Source: a virus (taxonomy: Duplodnaviria; Heunggongvirae; Uroviricota; Caudoviricetes). From it: a stretch of 11,680 bases of DNA. Shown piece by piece: positions 6,933 to 11,680 of this stretch. The translations under genes and the position numbers were made by a program. The notes under the pieces are model-generated. The model did not search any database, was not told the origin of the DNA, and worked only from the letters and a program-made list of their open reading frames with translations. Numbering within the stretch: the stretch's first letter is position 1; every line of letters starts with the position of its first letter. The stretch covers positions 1 to 11,680 of IMG/VR virus record IMGVR_UViG_2740892236_000004. One strand, given 5' to 3'.

Positions 6933-7611
6933 CATTGATTTGGTAACTTCTTTAATTAGATCAAATGGTGCGTCTGTAAACTCCTTTTTGATTCTTTCAA
7001 GGATTGGTTTTTTTCTCAGGGCGTTAGCTAAATCANNNNNNNNNNTAGTCAATCCCAATACGTTCTTTGACGAACCTGGTTAACATTGATTTGGTAACTT
7101 CTTTGATTAGATCAAATGGCGCGTCTGTAAACTCCTTTTTGATTCTTTCAAGGATTGGTTTTTTTCTCAGGGCGTTAGCTAAATCATGCCCCTGCTGGGT
7201 AAGCATAATGGGCGTGTTTCTGAAACCAACGCCCAGAGAATGGAAAAAGAAACCAATATATTTGGGTGTTTCTGACTGCATATCACCATTAACAATTGAG
7301 CCATTATCAGCGAGAAGCATAAGATGAAAAACTTTTTTATCCTNNNNNNNNNNAGTAAGCATAATGGGCGTGTTTCTGAAACCAACGCCCAGAGAATGAA
7401 AAAAGAAACCAATATATTTTGGTGTTTCTGACCGCATATCACCATTAACAATTGAGCCATTATCAGCGAGAAGCATAAGATGAAAAACTTTTTTATCCTT
7501 TTCCTCTCCTTCTGCCTCAGCCATGCCCAGATCCTGTAGTGTAAGGAAAGGTGTTTCAGCATCCTGAAAAGTTGTGAGAATACTTAATACTTCATCGTAA
7601 TCTATTTTCAT
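6894..7611 (-). CDS. Hypothetical protein on the reverse strand (about 136 aa once the duplicated scaffold overlaps are collapsed). The only reverse-strand gene in the window; candidate accessory (moron) gene.
   Basis: Reverse-strand ATG (complement of 7609-7611) with AAAGG 7-8 nt upstream. Translation MKIDYDEVLSILTTFQDAETPFLTLQDLGMAEAEGEEKDKKVFHLMLLADNGSIVNGDMQSETPKYIGFFFHSLGVGFRNTPIMLTQQGHDLANALRKKPILERIKKEFTDAPFDLIKEVTKSMLTRFVKERIGID, stop TGA as complement of 6894-6896. Two N10 joins (7036-7045, 7344-7353) with duplicated flanks inflate the apparent length. Short hand counts put GC near 40% here versus about 56% in B. Confidence 0.6.
7036..7045. other. Scaffold join (10 N). Flanks 6896-7035 and 7047-7186 are near-identical overlaps.
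   Basis: Run of exactly 10 n. gtcaatcccaatacgttctttgacgaacctggttaacattgatttggtaacttctt... occurs on both sides with 2 substitutions seen. Confidence 0.97.
7344..7353. other. Scaffold join (10 N). Flanks 7199-7343 and 7355-7499 are near-identical overlaps.
   Basis: Run of exactly 10 n. gtaagcataatgggcgtgtttctgaaaccaacgcccagagaatg... occurs on both sides with a few substitutions. Confidence 0.97.
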
Positions 7612-7675
7612 ATCGATACCTTTAGTTTTATCCGGGCGGCGTTGCCATGCCGCCTGTTGTTACGGAGACACGATA

Positions 7676-8188
7676 ATGAATCGCGCTTCCCTGATTACCT
7701 TAATACATGTCGCAAAACGCGATCTACAGCTTGACCATGAGACCTACACATCCGTACTACTGGCAGCCACCGGCAAACCCAGTTGCCGGGATATGTCACC
7801 GGATGAGTTATCCCGCGTGCTGGATGTTTTCAAAAAACGCGGTTTTAAAGTGCGTCAGAAGCCGGTTAACCGGGCCTTAAAACCGGGTACGGTGACCGCC
7901 AAAATTCGCGCCATCTGGAAGGTGATGCACCGGCAGGGCTTTATCTCTGATGGCGGGGAAACAGCCCTTAACCGCTGGGTGAAATCGCAGACGGCCGCTC
8001 AGAACGGCGGCGAAGGTGTGGCTAACTGGCAGTGGCTGGAACAACACCCCGCGCTGGCCTCTGATGTGCTGGAGCGTCTCAAACGCTGGCACCGCCGCAA
8101 GATGCTGGATGTGCTGGGGATGTCAGCGCGTACAGTGATGAGTTATGAGCGCGTTTGCAGGCTGTATGAAGAATCCTCCCCCTTTTAA
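7676..8188 (+). CDS. gemA: GemA-like phage regulatory protein (Mu gene 16 family)
   Basis: 170 aa with GGAGA 7 nt upstream of ATG 7676. N-terminus MNRASLITLIHVAKRDLQLDHETYTSVLLAATGKPSCRDMSPDELSRVLDVFKKRGF fits my recollection of the GemA family pattern (SLIaqIHiAK..LgLDDdTYr..L...TGk.ScrDM...L..VLD.FKr.GF). Position just upstream of the Mor/C-type gene matches Mu. Confidence 0.7.
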   Translation: MNRASLITLIHVAKRDLQLDHETYTSVLLAATGKPSCRDMSPDELSRVLDVFKKRGFKVRQKPVNRALKPGTVTAKIRAIWKVMHRQGFISDGGETALNRWVKSQTAAQNGGEGVANWQWLEQHPALASDVLERLKRWHRRKMLDVLGMSARTVMSYERVCRLYEESSPF

Positions 8189-8192
8189 CCCC

Positions 8193-8224
8193 AAATCCCG
8201 CCACAGCGCGGGATTTTTATTTTA
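8193..8224 (+). terminator. Rho-independent terminator immediately after gemA
   Basis: Perfect 9-bp stem aaatcccgc (8193-8201) / gcgggattt (8207-8215), 5-nt loop cacag, then a T-rich tract ttttatttta. Starts 5 nt after the gemA stop. Confidence 0.8.
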
Positions 8225-8258
8225 AACTTGCCCTGTGTAATGATGACCGGAGGCGGGT

Positions 8259-8681
8259 ATGGCTGAAACACAGATGAGCATGTTTGGTGACAGCGAACAG
8301 CTGCACGCGCTGATTGACCGTCTGGATGATATTCCTGATGATGAGCTGAAAAAGAACTGGCCCGGCACGCTGCGGGACCTGGTTGATGTGATCAGTGCTG
8401 AACTGCACCGTCAGGGGATTGAACCTGCTCAGGCGGGAATGCTTGCCCGTAAGGTTGCAGCCGCACAGGCCGGGTACATGGGCGGGCGTGGTTATTATCT
8501 CCCGGTCGGTGAATCCCTTTTCACCGAACTGCGCAATAATGAAATTTTTTCCCGCTGGAGCCAGGGCGAAAAAATTGAAACCCTGCGCCGCCACTACCAG
8601 ATGTCAGAGACGCAGATTTACTCCGTTATCCGTAACCAGCGCCGCCTGCATCAGGAACGCACGCAGCCCCGGCTTTTCTGA
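8259..8681 (+). CDS. Mor/C-family transcriptional activator (Mu middle/late gene activator family). Which of the two Mu roles it plays is not resolvable from sequence.
   Basis: 140 aa with GGAGG 5 nt upstream of ATG 8259. The C-terminal HTH-like segment ETLRRHYQMSETQIYSVIRNQRRLHQER parallels the Mor/C C-terminal DNA-binding region. The acidic N-terminus and overall size fit. It lies between the terminator and the lysis genes. Confidence 0.72.
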   Translation: MAETQMSMFGDSEQLHALIDRLDDIPDDELKKNWPGTLRDLVDVISAELHRQGIEPAQAGMLARKVAAAQAGYMGGRGYYLPVGESLFTELRNNEIFSRWSQGEKIETLRRHYQMSETQIYSVIRNQRRLHQERTQPRLF

Positions 8682-8752
8682 TATTCCGCAAATCCTGCCC
8701 ACTTTTTCCCACGGTTACGCTGACTCAGAGAACACCATGAGACAGCGTAACA

Positions 8753-9253
8753 ATGCCAAAACTCCCCGCACCCCTGCGTAAAAAGCTGATTGCCCTTGTT
8801 CTGGCCGGAGCCGGGACGTTCACCATTGCCACGCACTACACCGGCTACTGGGAAGGGAAAGAAAACACCACGTACATTGATCCCACCGGCACCCCCACCA
8901 TCTGTTACGGCCATACCGGCCCGGATGTGAAACCGGGGATGACAAAAACTGATGAAGAATGTCTGGAGCTGCTGGAAAAGGACATGAAATGGGCCTTTGC
9001 GGCTATCGATCGTCATGTTCAGGTGCCGCTTACCCGTGGTCAGACGGTGGCGCTGGCCTCCTGGATTTTCTGGGCCGGTGAAACGAACTTTCGCAACTCC
9101 ACGCTCCTGCGCCTTATCAATGCCGGGCAGATGCCCGGGTCCTGTAAGCAGTATATCCGCTGGATTTATTCAAAGGGGGTAAAACTCCCCGGTCTTGAGG
9201 CCCGCCGTTCGGCGGATGAATGGTTGTGTCGCTACGATTTGCCGAAAGTCTGA
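8753..9253 (+). CDS. lys: Endolysin, T4-lysozyme-like (GH24) muramidase with N-terminal signal-anchor-release (SAR) domain
   Basis: 166 aa. Catalytic E-x8-D-x5-T arrangement inside YWEGKENTTYIDPTGTPTICYGHT. The N-terminus MPKLPAPLRKK is followed by a weakly hydrophobic Gly/Ala-rich segment LIALVLAGAGTFTIATHY, typical of SAR endolysins. Confidence 0.88.
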   Translation: MPKLPAPLRKKLIALVLAGAGTFTIATHYTGYWEGKENTTYIDPTGTPTICYGHTGPDVKPGMTKTDEECLELLEKDMKWAFAAIDRHVQVPLTRGQTVALASWIFWAGETNFRNSTLLRLINAGQMPGSCKQYIRWIYSKGVKLPGLEARRSADEWLCRYDLPKV

Positions 9254-9365
9254 ACCGCTTCTGGCGACCACTCATGATTGCGCTGTTGTGTGTCGTTGTG
9301 GTGCTCCGGGGTGTGCTGTGGCTGCGGTGAATAATCCCTTACCGGCCCTGATTGCCGGAGGGTGT

Positions 9366-9716
9366 ATGGCGGCGCTGGGGGTGATGAGCGTGCTGGCTGC
9401 CGTGGTATGGGGAATGCACCAGAAGACACAGCGTCTTGAAGACAATAATCATGTGCTTGTGCGTGAACGGGACGAAGCCCGTCTGGTGCTGGCAAACCAG
9501 CAACGTACCCTGCAACTCATTTCACAAATCAGTAAGGCGGCCACGAATGAAAAACAGCAGAACATGCAGCACAGCGAGGAACAGCAGAGCATTGTCCGCC
9601 GGTCGCTGGCAACGGTGCCTGCGGCCTCTGTTCCTGTGCCTGATGATGTGGCTGACCGGGTGCGGCGGGCCGTCTGTGAAATACGTGCCGGTGAAGCCGG
9701 TGCCGATCCCCGCTGA
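9366..9716 (+). CDS. Putative i-spanin (Rz-like): N-terminal transmembrane helix plus periplasmic coiled-coil region
   Basis: ATG 9366 with GGAGGG 5 nt upstream. TMD MAALGVMSVLAAVVWGM, followed by a charged helical region. In-frame GTG 9327 is an alternative start; the upstream extension to 9195 has no RBS and overlaps lys. Confidence 0.62.
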   Translation: MAALGVMSVLAAVVWGMHQKTQRLEDNNHVLVRERDEARLVLANQQRTLQLISQISKAATNEKQQNMQHSEEQQSIVRRSLATVPAASVPVPDDVADRVRRAVCEIRAGEAGADPR

Positions 9717-9918
9717 ATGGCTGGCTGACTGTCTGGTTCCTCCTGTGCCGCAGCCGTTCACGTTTGGCGCATCGGTCACTTACAACCTGCAACTGCTGGC
9801 GGTGATTAAGAACTGCAACGTGGACAAGGCCAGCATCCGCCGTCTGGAGGTACAGCGACAGCATGAATTTACTGATATGGCCGGAACGACTGCTGTTCCG
9901 GCAGGAAAGACGAAGTAA
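9547..9918 (+). CDS. Putative o-spanin (Rz1-like outer-membrane lipoprotein), in the +1 frame, starting inside the i-spanin gene and extending beyond it (overlapped architecture)
   Basis: Lipobox LTGC with Cys codon at 9661-9663, preceded by the hydrophobic stretch LFLCLMMWL. The mature part is proline-rich (PVKPVPIP...PPVPQP). The start codon is uncertain: ATG 9547 gives an unusually long leader, a TTG at 9592 is possible, and ATG 9643 would be too short for a signal peptide. Confidence 0.55.
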   Translation: MKNSRTCSTARNSRALSAGRWQRCLRPLFLCLMMWLTGCGGPSVKYVPVKPVPIPAEWLADCLVPPVPQPFTFGASVTYNLQLLAVIKNCNVDKASIRRLEVQRQHEFTDMAGTTAVPAGKTK

Positions 9919-9928
9919 GGAAAAAGGT

Positions 9929-10156
9929 ATGGATGATTCAGATTGTGCTCAGGCAGTCGTGGAGCGGGCAACAGAACGCGCCCTTTGTGACCGGCTGACA
10001 CGTAAGTGCCGGGTGGAGGAGACTCCGGGCAGGCGTGTATGCGCAGACTGCGGGGGTGACATTCCGGCCGCCCGTCTGGTTGCCGTGCCGGATGCCATCC
10101 GTTGTGTGAACTGCCAGAGCATCATGGAGGCCGGTCATGTGGGTCAGCATCGTTAA
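9929..10156 (+). CDS. TraR/DksA-family C4-type zinc-finger protein
   Basis: About 75 aa. AAGGAAAAAGG lies upstream of ATG 9929. Four-Cys motif CADCGGDIPAARLVAVPDAIRCVNCQ with CxxC-x17-CxxC spacing, typical of phage TraR-like proteins. Confidence 0.75.
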   Translation: MDDSDCAQAVVERATERALCDRLTRKCRVEETPGRRVCADCGGDIPAARLVAVPDAIRCVNCQSIMEAGHVGQHR

Positions 10157-10448
10157 AGATTATGTCGTGCCGATCCTGTCGGCAACAGCCACGGCCGGGG
10201 GGATCTTTATGGCGCTGATGCGCAAAACCTTTGTCCCCCGCGAGGCCTTTGAAAAACTCTCCGACCGGGTTGAGCGGGTGGAGAGCCGGATTTCCGGCCT
10301 GCCCACGCAGCAGGAGGTGAACAGACTCAATATCGAAATCACCACCCTGCGCGGTGAGCTTAAGGCCACCAATGCCACCCTGAAATCCGTCTCCCACCAG
10401 AACGAACTGCTGCTGGAGCAGGCTGTAAGGAAAAAACACAATGAGTGA
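10137..10448 (+). CDS. Small membrane protein (single N-terminal TMD plus coiled coil); candidate lysis-associated protein
   Basis: 103 aa with GGAGG 6 nt upstream of ATG 10137; overlaps the TraR-like gene's 3' end. Hydrophobic segment VVPILSATATAGGIFMALM, then a charged heptad-like region. From memory, Mu-like phages have a DUF2730-type protein at this position. Confidence 0.58.
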   Translation: MWVSIVKDYVVPILSATATAGGIFMALMRKTFVPREAFEKLSDRVERVESRISGLPTQQEVNRLNIEITTLRGELKATNATLKSVSHQNELLLEQAVRKKHNE

Positions 10449-10731
10449 TTTCATTACTGAAGATCAGCGTCTTGTCATTCTGCGGTCGCTGGCGGATTAC
10501 AACGGCGAACTGGGCGAATCCGTGCTTCAGGACTGCCTGGATGATTACGGCCACCGCGTGTCCCGCGACACCGTTCACACCCACATTGCCTGGCTTGCTG
10601 AGCAGGGACTGGTGCGTAAGCGCACGCTTGTTAACGGTTATTTCATCGCTGAACTGACCGGCCGGGGTCAGGATGTGGCGGAAGGCCGCGCCACCGTTCC
10701 GGGTGTGAAGAAACCACGCGCAAGGGGGTAA
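10441..10731 (+). CDS. Hypothetical protein (96 aa), possibly winged-helix-like, directly upstream of the small terminase gene
   Basis: ATG 10441 overlaps the upstream stop (ATGAGTGA). The stop TAA 10729-10731 lies 2 nt before the next ATG. The fold assignment is a guess from helix-turn-strand patterning. Confidence 0.55.
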   Translation: MSDFITEDQRLVILRSLADYNGELGESVLQDCLDDYGHRVSRDTVHTHIAWLAEQGLVRKRTLVNGYFIAELTGRGQDVAEGRATVPGVKKPRARG

Positions 10732-10733
10732 CG

Positions 10734-11315
10734 ATGGATAAGCCGACGCGTGGCCGTGTACGCAAGGTGGATTTGCTCCCCGACAGCATCCGTAAGCCGC
10801 TGCTGGAAATGCTGCGTGAAAAACGCCTGACGCAGGTCCAGATCCGCGAGGAAATCAACCGTCTGATCCGTGAGGCAGGCCTGCCGGAAGAGCAGCAGCT
10901 TTCACCGGCGGCCATCAGCCGGGAAGCCTCCCGTAATGAGCTGATTGCCCGTAATCTGCGTGATTTACGCGAGCAGACAAAAGCCATGATGGCCGAACTG
11001 GGGGATAAGCCGACCGGTGAAACCACGGCACTGATTCTGGAGATGTCCCGTGCCCTGATGTACCGCCGTCTGCGTGCCGCCACCGAATCCCTGAACAGCG
11101 ACAGCGATGTGGATATGCGCCTCATCAAGGACATCCTCCTGTCGGCACAGCGTGCAGAAAGTGCCGCCGAGCGCAGTATTAAGCGTGAAAAAGAAATCCG
11201 GGCCGCATTTGCTGAAGAGATGGCGAACGCCGTCACCGACGAGTTGCGCGGCGTGGATGGCATGAGCGAGCAGATAGAATTCCGTATCAGGCAGATGCTG
11301 CTTGGTAAGGCGTAG
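10734..11315 (+). CDS. Putative terminase small subunit / DNA-packaging DNA-binding protein (Mu gp27-like)
   Basis: 193 aa with AGGGGG 5 nt upstream of ATG 10734. The N-terminal block RGRVRKVDLLPDSIRKPLLEMLREKRLTQVQIREEINRLIREAGLP matches the conserved N-terminal HTH region I recall for Mu gp27-family proteins. Position is upstream of the presumed large terminase. Confidence 0.62.
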   Translation: MDKPTRGRVRKVDLLPDSIRKPLLEMLREKRLTQVQIREEINRLIREAGLPEEQQLSPAAISREASRNELIARNLRDLREQTKAMMAELGDKPTGETTALILEMSRALMYRRLRAATESLNSDSDVDMRLIKDILLSAQRAESAAERSIKREKEIRAAFAEEMANAVTDELRGVDGMSEQIEFRIRQMLLGKA

Positions 11316-11325
11316 GAGGTGAATC

Positions 11326-11574
11326 GTGGTAACAGATAACCGCTCACTGATGAGTAGTGCTCATCAGAAGGCATTCAGTCTTGCAACACAGTTACCTCCT
11401 GAAACCATAAAAGCGTGTCGTGAGTTGACTGAACTCAGCATTGCCGGGGAAATATCCCTGGAACAACTGCATTCGCTGCTGGCAGAGGCTGTCACTGATG
11501 AGTTGAGTGGCGTGGACGTGATGACTGAAGAGCTTGAGTTCCGAATCAAAAGCATTCTGACAGGTAAAGCCTGA
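11326..11574 (+). CDS. Small ORF (82 aa) whose C-terminal ~30 aa are a diverged paralog of the small-terminase C-terminal tail
   Basis: GTG 11326 with AGGAGG 6 nt upstream. The C-terminus AEAVTDELSGVDVMTEELEFRIKSILTGKA aligns with the small-terminase tail ANAVTDELRGVDGMSEQIEFRIRQMLLGKA. The stop TGA 11572-11574 overlaps the next ATG. Confidence 0.5.
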   Translation: MVTDNRSLMSSAHQKAFSLATQLPPETIKACRELTELSIAGEISLEQLHSLLAEAVTDELSGVDVMTEELEFRIKSILTGKA

Positions 11575-11680
11575 TGAACAAAGCCAAAGAAACGTCTCCT
11601 TCACTGATACAAATGACGCCTCCCCGCAAAATTGATCTGTCCGGTGAAAAAGCCCTGCTGGGCGTGGATGTGCCGGACAG
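11574..11680 (+). CDS. 5' end of the next gene, probably the terminase large subunit by position; runs off the window
   Basis: ATG 11574-11576 overlaps the upstream TGA. Open frame to the window end (MNKAKETSPSLIQMTPPRKIDLSGEKALLGVDVPD...). Identity inferred only from gene order. Confidence 0.35.
   Translation, partial: MNKAKETSPSLIQMTPPRKIDLSGEKALLGVDVPD

Noticed and set aside
7033-7611. 192-aa reverse-strand ORF and the alternative-frame ORFs 7067-7327 (+) and 7179-7562 (-)
   Set aside because: The 192-aa length comes from reading through two duplicated overlaps and N runs. The collapsed gene is about 136 aa (6894-7611, - strand). The alternative-frame ORFs span N runs and overlap this gene, and have no start-site support.
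8217-9016. ORFs 8217-8594 (-), 8395-8781 (+), 8651-9016 (-) overlapping the Mor/C-type and endolysin genes
   Set aside because: They overlap strongly supported genes in other frames or on the other strand, lack RBS support and give low-complexity translations.
9195-9365. N-terminal extension of the i-spanin ORF back to 9195, and an 18-codon hydrophobic micro-ORF (ATG 9274 to TGA 9328-9330, MIALLCVVVVLRGVLWLR)
   Set aside because: The extension overlaps the end of the endolysin gene and has no RBS, whereas ATG 9366 has GGAGGG at ideal spacing. The micro-ORF has no RBS and its hydrophobicity follows from the G/T-rich sequence. A tiny membrane peptide cannot be fully excluded.
9436-9546. Upstream part of the 160-aa ORF-track entry for the o-spanin frame
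   Set aside because: A signal peptide must directly precede the lipobox Cys at 9661-9663. Starting at 9436 would put about 75 residues in front of it, so the real start is downstream (9547 or later).
10643-11374. 243-aa reverse-strand ORF antisense to the small-terminase gene
   Set aside because: Ser/Arg-rich low-complexity translation, typical of a chance open frame opposite a GC-rich gene. No RBS, and it fully overlaps a well-supported + strand gene.
1-11680. CRISPR array, tRNA, rRNA, or phage attachment ends
   Set aside because: The only repeated blocks are the scaffold overlaps around N runs. No short regularly spaced direct repeats, no cloverleaf-compatible segments, and no Mu-end-like terminal sequences were seen; the window starts inside gene A and ends inside the packaging genes.

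Overview
This window is the early, middle and start-of-late region of a Mu-like transposable prophage, almost entirely on the + strand. Gene order is: transposase A (3' part), transposition ATPase B, a run of small early accessory genes, gam, a six-gene coupled operon of unknown function, one reverse-strand gene, gemA, a strong intrinsic terminator, a Mor/C-family activator, a lysis cassette (SAR-type endolysin plus overlapped spanins), a TraR/DksA zinc-finger protein, a small membrane protein, a Mu gp27-like small terminase, an extra small ORF, and the first codons of the next gene. The sequence is a scaffold, not a finished genome: five runs of exactly 10 N are each flanked by near-identical overlapping sequence, so the apparent internal duplications in A, the second B start and the duplications in the reverse-strand gene are assembly artefacts. 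The most interesting candidates for something undescribed are: (i) the lower-GC accessory module at about 4.3-7.6 kb, including a triple-repeat HTH protein and a convergent, overlapping reverse-strand gene; (ii) a small ORF between the small and large terminase genes whose C-terminal ~30 residues are a diverged copy of the small-terminase tail; (iii) a tandem pair of paralogous small early genes. No rRNA, tRNA, CRISPR array or phage ends were seen. All functional calls come from reading the translations and gene order; no database search was run.
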